14,346 nt of DNA, from the IMG/VR virus record IMGVR_UViG_3300035208_001150. One strand, given 5' to 3'. The position numbers and the translations under genes are program-made. This DNA is from a virus. The notes beneath the pieces were generated by a model that saw only the letters and a list, made by a program, of their open reading frames with translations, did not search any database and was not told where the DNA came from. Below are positions 1 to 7,780 of the stretch, in pieces (the first letter of the stretch is position 1; the number at the start of each line of letters is the position of its first letter).

Positions 1-1131
1 GATTCCACGCCTACAAATTTCAGTGGAAGCATTTGCTGGATCGAAATCATCAAACAATACATTTCCAATAAAACTTGAATAGCAAGGATTTACTTCAATC
101 AATTGAATACCATTAATGTTGCAATGTTTATTTATTAAATTTGTCTGATAATCAAGATTCCAGACATTTTTTGTTTTTCTGTTTGCTTCTTTTGAATCCA
201 AATTTGATTTGAAATTTAAATCTTCCATAACAAAATAAGCAACCTTATAATGTTTAAGTAAATCAAATAATTTACTATAAATAACACCAATTTCATATTT
301 TCTTTTGTTGTTTAAATAAATTGAATTCTTATCATCAGATGATTTATTTGATTTTTTTAAAAGATCACTTAAATTATAGGTAAATCTATCATAGATTTTA
401 TTTTCATCCATAATTGTAACACCAATGTAATCAGGGTTTAAATCAATTCCACAATACCTGTTTGATATTTTACCAATTAATTTTCTATCATTTTGTTCGG
501 TTTTATGTTTAATATAAATTTGTTTCTTTAATTCCTTGCTTTCAATGGTTTTAACATCCATCTTATATTCTTTTTCATCAAACCCATAACCGTTCAATAT
601 TTCTTCATCAAAAGAAACCATTAAAGATTTAAATGTTAATTTGACTGAAATTGGTAGAACATTTAAATCCTTGATTTCTTGTAATTTAATTAATTGATTT
701 TTATATTTTTTTGAAATTGTGTAAGTTAAATTTATTTTAGTTTTAGATTCTGGTTTATAAATGATTGAATTGTTTATAAAATCAAATTCAAAATATCTAT
801 TTGAATTTTTATCATTTAATGATCCAACATAATTTATAGGTAAGATTCTTTTTGAACGATAAAGATTGGTTTTTTCTATGATTTTAAGATTATTTAATTC
901 TTTATTATTATTTAAATACGAAATTTGTTTTAATAATGATCTTGAACCAAATGTTATATCCTTTGATAAATTTTTATTCTGTTGTTCAATTTTTTTATTT
1001 AATTTAAACTGGACTTTGATTTCTTTGATGGTCTTGTTTTTTATTTTAGATAATCTTTCTATTTCTTTAGTATTTTCAAGAATTTCTTTTTCTAAGTTTT
1101 CTTTATTTGTTTGGATTTGATTTAATTTCAT
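1..1131 (-). CDS. tnpB: TnpB/Fanzor-like RuvC-fold nuclease (IS200/IS605 OrfB family); 5' end (N-terminus) is in the window and the C-terminus runs off the left edge
   Basis: I translated the minus strand by hand from the ATG at 1131 as one open frame to position 1 (about 377 aa). The motifs seen are 'RYCGIDLNPDYIGVTI' (RuvC-I D), 'AYFVMEDLNF' (RuvC-II E), 'IQLIEVNPCYSSF' (compare TnpB 'VDPAYTSQ') and 'DFDPANASTEICRRG' (compare the TnpB C-terminal 'DADxNAAxNIxRRG'). No CxxC..CxxC zinc finger lies between the last two motifs. This gene is missing from the supplied ORF track, presumably because it is partial. Confidence 0.7.
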   Translation of the reverse strand, partial: MKLNQIQTNKENLEKEILENTKEIERLSKIKNKTIKEIKVQFKLNKKIEQQNKNLSKDITFGSRSLLKQISYLNNNKELNNLKIIEKTNLYRSKRILPINYVGSLNDKNSNRYFEFDFINNSIIYKPESKTKINLTYTISKKYKNQLIKLQEIKDLNVLPISVKLTFKSLMVSFDEEILNGYGFDEKEYKMDVKTIESKELKKQIYIKHKTEQNDRKLIGKISNRYCGIDLNPDYIGVTIMDENKIYDRFTYNLSDLLKKSNKSSDDKNSIYLNNKRKYEIGVIYSKLFDLLKHYKVAYFVMEDLNFKSNLDSKEANRKTKNVWNLDYQTNLINKHCNINGIQLIEVNPCYSSFIGNVLFDDFDPANASTEICRRGI

Positions 1132-1370
1132 GTTCAAATCAATTTTTAAACAATTTAATTCATAAACAGATAACTTAAATTTTGTTTTTATATAATCAAG
1201 ATACTTAGGATCAGATATTTTATCAGAATGTTTATATAATTTTCTGAAAGCATATGAATAATTTTTCTGTTTATTTAATATATAATTATCATTGTCTGTT
1301 GTAATATCAAATTTAATTGTTATCATTAAACTATATATAAAAATTATATAGTCAATTTTTTTTGATAACT

Positions 1371-1408
1371 TTATTTTTAATTATTTTTAATTATTTTTAA
1401 TTATTTTT
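1371..1408. repeat. 10-bp tandem repeat 'ttatttttaa' in about 3.8 copies, overlapping the stop of gene 1401-2126
   Basis: Read directly from the sequence: 1371-1380, 1381-1390 and 1391-1400 are identical units, followed by a partial fourth copy. Confidence 0.9.
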
Positions 1409-2126
1409 GGTTTACAATTTCTACTTCTTCAATATTTATGATTTTTAATTCGGTATTATTAATGAAATTTATTTCATTTTCACCATAATAATTAATTCTA
1501 TTATCAAATGTTTGATACCAATCAATATTACTGATATTTGTTTCAATTTCTATAACAAAAAACTTTTCATAATCATAATTACCTTGATAATCAATAACAC
1601 CTATTTTTTCGAGAAAATCATAACTTGCTGTGTTTTCTTTATCAATTGTGAAATGTTTACCTAAATTATTTTTGTCAATTTTATTTATATCATCAATATT
1701 TAATAAACGATACGCTTTTATTGTATTATTTTTAATTAAAGTTTTTAATTCTTCATAAGCATTTTCCAAATTTTCTTGTAATTCATAATCTAAATCCTTA
1801 TTCTTAAAATAAGAATATACATCATCTATATTATTATTCTTATTTTCATTCAAAAAATTTTCATCTATTGGATGTTCATTTAGATATATATTTTGTTTAA
1901 TTTTTTTCAATTGTAATTCAGCTAAATCACGAACTTTTTTATTTGCATCTAATGTCATTTTAGTCCTTTTCTTAATATCATTTTCAGATGGTATTCGTCT
2001 TCTTAAAGCTTTTATACTTTTTTGCAAATGAAGAATGCTTTTATCAATATTTTTCTTTAATTTAAAAGGTTTTTCTAAATTATTTTTTATTGGTTTAAAA
2101 TTTTCAAATGTTTTTAAATATTTCAT
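1401..2126 (-). CDS. hypothetical protein (241 aa, Lys/Asn-rich)
   Basis: Track ORF on the same strand as the neighbouring TnpB-like gene. I recognise no motif. Confidence 0.5.
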   Translation of the reverse strand: MKYLKTFENFKPIKNNLEKPFKLKKNIDKSILHLQKSIKALRRRIPSENDIKKRTKMTLDANKKVRDLAELQLKKIKQNIYLNEHPIDENFLNENKNNNIDDVYSYFKNKDLDYELQENLENAYEELKTLIKNNTIKAYRLLNIDDINKIDKNNLGKHFTIDKENTASYDFLEKIGVIDYQGNYDYEKFFVIEIETNISNIDWYQTFDNRINYYGENEINFINNTELKIINIEEVEIVNQK

Positions 2127-2188
2127 ATTAATCTATATATTAATTTTTAAAAATATTTTTTAATATATATTAAAAAAACACAAAATAT

Positions 2189-3181
2189 ATGGCAATAGAC
2201 AAATCGTTATCAAATTTATATTTAAAAATTAGATATAATTTATTAAAAAATCATATAACACCAATTAATTGGGGTAAACCTGATTGGGAAGAAGATTTCA
2301 AAAATCCACATTATACAATTAATGAAAATTATATGTATAATAATAATTCCTATACATCAAAAGATGCAGTAATACAACAAAATGATGGATTACATTTAAA
2401 AGTAATAAAATTAAATCCACCTGAATATAGAGAACATTGGTCTGGTAATTTCACATGTTATTGGAAATGCGGTTGGGTTGAATATCATAATATATTTGAT
2501 AGTCCTTATGGTACTTGGGTAATAAATTTCATTCCACCTGTTAGTGGTGATGGTAAAGGTCGTGTGTTTCCAGCATTGTGGTTTTTAAGAGAACCATATT
2601 CACCAAAGGCATTACGATTTAAATGTAGTGTATCAAAAATTAATAATAAAAATATTAAATTATCACAAACACCTGAAAGAAATCCTATTGCTAATTGGTG
2701 GGTATTGGACACCAATAATAATTATTTGGGACGGGTTCAAAAATATGATACTGTTAATAAAACAATTACGCTTGATAAAAATATTATAAATATAAATCAG
2801 AAAGAAATATTGATTAGTGGTGATAGTATTATACCTGAAGTTGATATTATGGAAATATTAAGTAATAATATTTTTTCTCATACTATCCATTATGGTCCAA
2901 CATATGATACTTATCGTAAATATAGTATTGGATCAAATATATGTAAACCAGAAAATAGGGAATATGAATTTGCAGTAACATTATATCCAAATAGATATGA
3001 ATTTTTTATTGATGGTATAAAAACTTGTGTATTAAATAAAAATAAGGTTAAGGGTGGTGAAGAAGATTTTGTATCAGATCAAAAATTATTTATGATATTA
3101 AATTCAGCAGTTCATGGTGATGTAAGGGATGGTAATATACCTGATTTTATTATCAAACGAATTAGATATTATAAACATTAG
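2189..3181 (+). CDS. glycoside hydrolase family 16 (beta-glucanase/laminarinase-like)
   Basis: The catalytic signature E-x-D-x-x-E is present as 'IPEVDIMEIL'. An upstream 'GTWVINFIPP...GRVFPALWFLRE' resembles the GH16 'WPAxWML' strand. The protein is 330 aa with no obvious signal peptide. Confidence 0.7.
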   Translation: MAIDKSLSNLYLKIRYNLLKNHITPINWGKPDWEEDFKNPHYTINENYMYNNNSYTSKDAVIQQNDGLHLKVIKLNPPEYREHWSGNFTCYWKCGWVEYHNIFDSPYGTWVINFIPPVSGDGKGRVFPALWFLREPYSPKALRFKCSVSKINNKNIKLSQTPERNPIANWWVLDTNNNYLGRVQKYDTVNKTITLDKNIININQKEILISGDSIIPEVDIMEILSNNIFSHTIHYGPTYDTYRKYSIGSNICKPENREYEFAVTLYPNRYEFFIDGIKTCVLNKNKVKGGEEDFVSDQKLFMILNSAVHGDVRDGNIPDFIIKRIRYYKH

Positions 3182-3364
3182 TTGAACGATTTTATTGAAA
3201 GTTCATAAAAATATTGTTTAATTGAATATTTTTTTCTTCATAGTGATGTAAGGGATGGTAATATACCTGATTTTATTATCAAACGAATTAGATATTATAA
3301 ACATTAATTGAACGATTTTATTGAAAGTTCATAAAAAATATTGTTTAATTGAATATTTTTTTCT
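3111..3364. repeat. head-to-tail tandem duplication of about 127 bp (copy A 3111-3237, copy B 3237-3364) covering the last 23 codons plus the 3' flank of the GH16 gene
   Basis: Aligned by eye. The copies are identical except for g/a at 3116/3242, g/a at 3181/3307 (TAG versus TAA at the stop position) and one extra 'a' in copy B near 3337. Copy B carries a relic 'GDVRDGNIPDFIIKRIRYYKH*' coding fragment. Confidence 0.9.
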
Positions 3365-3385
3365 ATCTTTGTAGAAAAATAAGAT

Positions 3386-3865
3386 ATGGATATAGGTTCA
3401 GGAAAAGAATACCCAGCAAATGCATTAAGTAATTTTGCACCACACCCATTTGTGTTTGATGGTGTTCAGTGTAATTCAATGGAAGGTTGGATACAATCAA
3501 TCAAATTTAAAAATTTTGAAATACAAAAAAGTATATGTCTTCTTGTGGGTAAAGCTGCAAAATTCAAAGGCAAACCAAAGAAATGGTTTTTAACACAAAA
3601 GTTATATTGGAATGGTATTGAATATGATAGATCATCAAAAGAATACCAAGAATTGTTAGATAGAGCTTATGATGCATTATCAGAAAACACATCATTTCAA
3701 AAAGCTTTATTAGCAACTGGAAATTCCACATTAACACACGAAATTGGAAAATCCAAAGAAAACGAAACAGTCTTAACTAAACGTGAATTTATATCAAGAT
3801 TATATAAAATTCGTGATAGATTAAAAAAATCTGGATGCAACATAATGGGTTTAGAACAAAAATAA
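3386..3865 (+). CDS. NADAR domain protein (YbiA/DUF1768 family)
   Basis: The N-terminal 'EYPANALSNFAPHPFVFDGVQCNSMEGWIQSIKF' matches the NADAR core 'FSNF.P.PF..DG..F.S.EHA.Q..KF'. The length of 159 aa is typical for the family. Confidence 0.7.
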   Translation: MDIGSGKEYPANALSNFAPHPFVFDGVQCNSMEGWIQSIKFKNFEIQKSICLLVGKAAKFKGKPKKWFLTQKLYWNGIEYDRSSKEYQELLDRAYDALSENTSFQKALLATGNSTLTHEIGKSKENETVLTKREFISRLYKIRDRLKKSGCNIMGLEQK

Positions 3866-3918
3866 ATAATAATATATTTGGAAAAAAATAAAAATTATTT
3901 TTTAAAACTTTTTGAATT

Positions 3919-4149
3919 ATGAATTGTAAATACGGTGATACCAATACATATAAATATAAATTAAAAAAAGAATACTTAGATGCATTATCGACAGTTATAA
4001 ACAGAAGTAACAGTCAAACATTATTTATGTATCAATTAGTTGATGGCGATATGACTATGTTTCTCGAATTGGCTTATAAAATGAAAAAGCATTTTATAAG
4101 TTATTGTCCAGGTGATGTTGATGAAGTAAATAAAATATTAAATCTATGA
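3919..4149 (+). CDS. hypothetical protein (76 aa)
   Basis: Track ORF, 4 nt upstream of the next + gene. No motif recognised. Confidence 0.4.
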   Translation: MNCKYGDTNTYKYKLKKEYLDALSTVINRSNSQTLFMYQLVDGDMTMFLELAYKMKKHFISYCPGDVDEVNKILNL

Positions 4150-4153
4150 AACT

Positions 4154-4543
4154 ATGAAACTAACCAATAAAATGATTCGTGATTTTGCTAAAGAAATTGC
4201 TAAAGAAGAAGAAATACGTTTAGCGATCAAGGTTAATGAACTTGAATATGTTAAAAACCATATTGATTATGATTTTGACTTAATTGAAGAATTTTTAATG
4301 GATGATTGGATGCATGATTCTTATGTTGAAGTTGAAGAAACTGATTATAAAAATGGGTTTTATCCAAGTTACACGTTTTATAAAGAAAAAGATAATGAAA
4401 AAAGTCTTTTATATATGAAACAAGATGAAGAAGGTAAATATCATAATATGGTATGGCAAACGGATATTGAAGATGATTATTCTGGATTTCTTCTTTTTCC
4501 ATTAAACGATGGTAGATATTGGAAAATTAGTTATTCTTGTTAA
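4154..4543 (+). CDS. hypothetical acidic protein (129 aa)
   Basis: Track ORF, tightly packed after 3919-4149. Confidence 0.5.
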   Translation: MKLTNKMIRDFAKEIAKEEEIRLAIKVNELEYVKNHIDYDFDLIEEFLMDDWMHDSYVEVEETDYKNGFYPSYTFYKEKDNEKSLLYMKQDEEGKYHNMVWQTDIEDDYSGFLLFPLNDGRYWKISYSC

Positions 4544-4593
4544 ATATTATATTTTTCTACTTTTTTAAGTCGTTTTAATTTCAGATGTTCTGG

Positions 4594-4668
4594 TTTCATT
4601 TTTCATTTTCATTTTCATTTTCATTTTCATCTTTTATTGCTTCTTTTTCATCTTTTATTGCTTCTTTA
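4594..4668. repeat. coding simple-sequence repeat: hexamer 'ttttca' in about 6 copies (4594-4632), then a 21-bp unit 'tcatcttttattgcttctttt' x2 (4627-4668)
   Basis: Read directly from the sequence. Both periods are multiples of 3 and lie in the 3' end of CDS 4596-4853. Confidence 0.85.
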
Positions 4669-4853
4669 TCAATATACAATAAATAATCACCTTTGGTTGT
4701 AGATAAATTATAAACACGTTGTCCATTGTTTATTGCAGCGATAATATCTAAATATTCATCAGTTTCTTCTTGTGTTAAATCTTTTGATAATGATAATTCA
4801 TCTAACGCCATATCTTTTGTTATTTCTTCAGTACTTAAAATTTCCGTCTTCAT
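4596..4853 (-). CDS. hypothetical acidic protein with a C-terminal low-complexity tail (EAIKDEK x2, then EN repeats)
   Basis: Track ORF. The C-terminus is encoded by the repeat at 4594-4668. Confidence 0.5.
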   Translation of the reverse strand: MKTEILSTEEITKDMALDELSLSKDLTQEETDEYLDIIAAINNGQRVYNLSTTKGDYLLYIDKEAIKDEKEAIKDENENENENEK

Positions 4854-4856
4854 ATG

Positions 4857-5120
4857 TTATATTTTTTTAATTTTTTTATCATGTCTAAATTGTTTATTAA
4901 TTTCAAAAAAAGACCATTTCCATTTATATGGAACATCTATATTGAAATCATTATGCCATGTATATCGAATACGTATAGTATTAAAATCTTCACCCACAAT
5001 TTCACCTGGATGGGTTTTTAAAAAAATTTCAATATTTTTATTTTTTTTATTGGAATCAATAATAGCAAATAAACCAATATTAAATTTTTCATATAATCTT
5101 ATATATTTCATAGGTTTCAT
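4857..5120 (-). CDS. hypothetical protein (87 aa)
   Basis: Track ORF with a 3-nt spacer to the downstream gene on the same strand. Confidence 0.5.
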   Translation of the reverse strand: MKPMKYIRLYEKFNIGLFAIIDSNKKNKNIEIFLKTHPGEIVGEDFNTIRIRYTWHNDFNIDVPYKWKWSFFEINKQFRHDKKIKKI

Positions 5121-5241
5121 AAGGTATATATAAAAAATAAAAATAAAAAATGATTCTAATTAGAAGCATTCCGAATAAAAATATCTTGGATAAATGATTT
5201 TTATTTGTGAAGAATTGAAAATGAACAATATGAAAATGTGA

Positions 5242-5838
5242 TTATTTTTTTAAATCTTTGGATAAATTAAAAATTTTATCTTCCACTATTTCACAAATTA
5301 TGTGACCAATTAAGATATGGGATTCTTGGATTCTAGGTGTATTTTCACTTGGTACATTGATCAAATATTTGCAAATATTTTTTAATTCACCACCACTTGC
5401 ACCAGTCATAGCAACAGTATTCATACCTATTTCATTTGCCATATTAAAGGCTTTAATTATATTTTTAGAATTTCCTGATGTTGATAATCCTATTAAAATA
5501 TCACCTTTTCGACCCATACCTTTAACAAGTCTTGAATATACTTCATCATAACCATAATCGTTCGATACAGACGTTAAATAAGATGTATTGACGTGTAATG
5601 CTTCAGCAAATAATGGATCTCTATCTAAATAAAAACGACCTGATAGTTCAGCAGCTAAATGTTGCGCATCAGCAGCACTCCCACCATTTCCACAAAATAA
5701 AACTTTACCATTATTTTTTAAACATGGTATTATTTTGTTAACAACATTATCAATGTTTTTAATTAATTCAGGATTTGAAATAATATCATTTTTGATTCTA
5801 ATTGAATCTTCGATAAGCTGTTTTATATATGTTTGCAT
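5242..5838 (-). CDS. gmhA: phosphoheptose isomerase (sedoheptulose-7-phosphate isomerase, SIS domain)
   Basis: 'KVLFCGNGGSAADAQHLAAELSGRF', 'GDILIGLSTSGNSKNIIKA', 'TVAMTGASGGEL' and 'QESHILIGHIICE' align along the whole length with E. coli GmhA. The 198-aa length is typical. Confidence 0.85.
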   Translation of the reverse strand: MQTYIKQLIEDSIRIKNDIISNPELIKNIDNVVNKIIPCLKNNGKVLFCGNGGSAADAQHLAAELSGRFYLDRDPLFAEALHVNTSYLTSVSNDYGYDEVYSRLVKGMGRKGDILIGLSTSGNSKNIIKAFNMANEIGMNTVAMTGASGGELKNICKYLINVPSENTPRIQESHILIGHIICEIVEDKIFNLSKDLKK

Positions 5839-5843
5839 AAAAA

Positions 5844-5880
5844 AAATTCGTTTTTTTTTATAGTTAAAAAAAACGAATTT
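5844..5880 (-). terminator. AT-rich 15-bp-stem hairpin (5844-5858 / 5866-5880, 7-nt loop) followed on the minus strand by a T-run and then the gmhA ATG
   Basis: The left arm 'aaattcgtttttttt' is the exact reverse complement of the right arm 'aaaaaaaacgaattt'. The hairpin lies between the stop of 5907-6218 and the start of gmhA. Confidence 0.45.
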
Positions 5881-5906
5881 GTTTATATTGAAAGGTAATT
5901 CTTTTT

Positions 5907-6218
5907 CTAAATAATTTTTTTTAATTCATTATCTGCGTTAATATATTTATTATATGCATCATCATATAATACTTGATATTTATTTTTTATTATTAATGAT
6001 TTTTCACATAAATTTGAATATAATTTCATAGCATTCAAATCATTATTTGTTTCAGCAGCACGTTTAAGCAATTTATAATAATTGTGTTTTTCTGTGTATT
6101 CTGAAATTAAATTATTCAAATCACTACAAATATCTTCAAGAGCAAATATAGTATCTAATGATGCTATAATTTTCTTATATTTTGCTGGACTTTTTCTAGA
6201 TTTTAATTCAATTTCCAT
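5907..6218 (-). CDS. hypothetical protein (103 aa)
   Basis: Track ORF within the same-strand block. Confidence 0.5.
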   Translation of the reverse strand: MEIELKSRKSPAKYKKIIASLDTIFALEDICSDLNNLISEYTEKHNYYKLLKRAAETNNDLNAMKLYSNLCEKSLIIKNKYQVLYDDAYNKYINADNELKKII

Positions 6219-6270
6219 ATTTTTTGTGTTTTTAATTATTTAACAACAAATATAGAAATAAAAAATTAAA

Positions 6271-6801
6271 TTAACAACAATTATTTAATTTTTTTAATTT
6301 AATTAATTCCATATTATTATTTAAATATCCTATTATATTAATATTCATATCAGTATCCCAACCACCATCATGATCATAACTAGAAATATATTCTAATTCT
6401 ATCACAATATAATTAGTATCTGGTAACACAAAATGATTTAAATCATATTCTGTATATGGTTTAAATTTTGATAAAATTTCACTAAAATCTACATCCTTAA
6501 AAAATTCATCATATCCACAATTACTTATTTCTTCCTTAAGTAATGAATCAATTGTTTTAAAATCAAACATTAAATATTTATCTTCTTCATCTTTGAAACA
6601 TCCAACAAATTGCATATAACAACTAGCATCTATTATACTATTATGTGCATCTTTGTTTTTGTTAATTGTATAACTTGGTAAATTAGGAAAAACATTTTCT
6701 GGTTTAGGATGTTTTTCACGTAATTCATATATGAATTTTGCTGAAATTTCATAAAAATTTGTAATTCCTAATAATGCTAAATGTTTACTTATTTTATCCA
6801 T
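6271..6801 (-). CDS. hypothetical protein (176 aa)
   Basis: Track ORF. An 'AAAATTGA' motif lies 30 nt upstream, on + 6831-6838. Confidence 0.55.
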   Translation of the reverse strand: MDKISKHLALLGITNFYEISAKFIYELREKHPKPENVFPNLPSYTINKNKDAHNSIIDASCYMQFVGCFKDEEDKYLMFDFKTIDSLLKEEISNCGYDEFFKDVDFSEILSKFKPYTEYDLNHFVLPDTNYIVIELEYISSYDHDGGWDTDMNINIIGYLNNNMELIKLKKLNNCC

Positions 6802-6867
6802 ATTTTATTATTTTATTTTATCAATTTTTTAATTAAATTAATTTATAAATACTTGAATATAAGTTAA

Positions 6868-7515
6868 TTAATCCCACCAAGATTTGATTCCTTTTCCATC
6901 AACAAAATCATTATAAGTTTCACTATTATCAATTTGTTCTTGGGTATATTTATCTTTATTTAAAAATAACCAAGATTTATATTCATCATAAGTTTTACCT
7001 TTAAAGATTTCAAATAGTTCATTCCATTCTTCTTCTTCAATTTTTCTTGCTTCATCAAATATTTGAGATTGTAGTTCTTTTTCTTCAGGTGTATAATTAT
7101 CGACCAATTCAGAAAAACCAGGTCGATCTTCAATTTCTTTGAATTCCCAAGGTTTATCTGGAAGTTTTCCAAGTTGTTCTTCTGCGATTTCAATATAAGA
7201 ATCATCTAAAATGTTTTTCATTATTTCTAATGATCTACGCATTTTAGCAGTTTTTTTATTTCTACTTATTTCAATTTCGTGACCATATTTGGTTGTATTT
7301 TTTTCCATAATAGAAATTGAAGTATATAATGCTTCAATAGTATATCTATAATCAAACCAACAATGATTCCAAAGAACCTTACGAAATCTCCAAATATTTT
7401 TAAAAAAATGTGGTATATCATCAACAAATAAATTGTATGATTTATAAATAAAACTATTATGCCATTTTAATCTTTTTAAACTTTTAAAAAAAGTGTCTGC
7501 AAATTCTACTTTCAT
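6868..7515 (-). CDS. hypothetical protein (215 aa, Trp-rich N-terminus, acidic C-terminus)
   Basis: Track ORF. No motif recognised. Confidence 0.55.
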   Translation of the reverse strand: MKVEFADTFFKSLKRLKWHNSFIYKSYNLFVDDIPHFFKNIWRFRKVLWNHCWFDYRYTIEALYTSISIMEKNTTKYGHEIEISRNKKTAKMRRSLEIMKNILDDSYIEIAEEQLGKLPDKPWEFKEIEDRPGFSELVDNYTPEEKELQSQIFDEARKIEEEEWNELFEIFKGKTYDEYKSWLFLNKDKYTQEQIDNSETYNDFVDGKGIKSWWD

Positions 7516-7518
7516 ATT

Positions 7519-7776
7519 TTAATATTTTTTCATTTTAGTATAATTCCATATGATTTCTAAAAATTGAATAACTTGTGGTAAATCTTCTAATTCAACATTT
7601 TTTATAAAGTCATATCCAACAGTTTCCCGAATATACATATGTTCATCTAATGTTTTATAGGAATTTTTTATATTTTTGTTTTCATAAAAATCTAATAAAT
7701 CAAATAAATCTAATTTTTCAATAATATCATATCCAACATTATCCCTAATAAATTTATGTTCATCTATTATGTTCAT
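7519..7776 (-). CDS. C-terminal fragment of a frameshift-split gene. It contains two about 33-aa repeats, 'DEH[KM][FY]IR[DE][NT]VGYD[IF]I'.
   Basis: The protein starts 'MNIIDEHKFIRDNVGYD', and the upstream ORF ends '...QQIIDEHNR*'. Both 'IIDEH' stretches are encoded by the duplicated 13-mer. Confidence 0.5.
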   Translation of the reverse strand: MNIIDEHKFIRDNVGYDIIEKLDLFDLLDFYENKNIKNSYKTLDEHMYIRETVGYDFIKNVELEDLPQVIQFLEIIWNYTKMKKY

Positions 7777-7780
7777 CTAT
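7755..7780. repeat. 13-bp perfect tandem duplication 'tatgttcatctat' x2 (7755-7767, 7768-7780)
   Basis: Read directly from the sequence. 13 is not a multiple of 3, so the duplication causes a +1 frameshift between ORFs 7760-8089 and 7519-7776. Confidence 0.9.

Noticed and set aside
866-1120. 84-aa + strand ORF from the track
   Set aside because: It lies entirely antisense to the long continuous TnpB-like reading frame. It is Leu/Phe-rich with low complexity, typical of a shadow ORF in AT-rich DNA.
2123-5841. Poxvirus-style TAAATG late-promoter start context
   Set aside because: I checked the start codons by eye and none sits in a TAAATG context. The hypothesis of an AT-rich entomopoxvirus is not supported.
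6271-6801. 'AHNSIIDA' resembling the Exo III (H-x-x-x-x-D-A) motif of DEDDh 3'-5' exonucleases
   Set aside because: No Exo I (DxE) or Exo II motifs are present upstream. The motif sits about 50 aa from the N-terminus rather than near the C-terminus, and the surrounding spacing does not fit. Judged a chance match.
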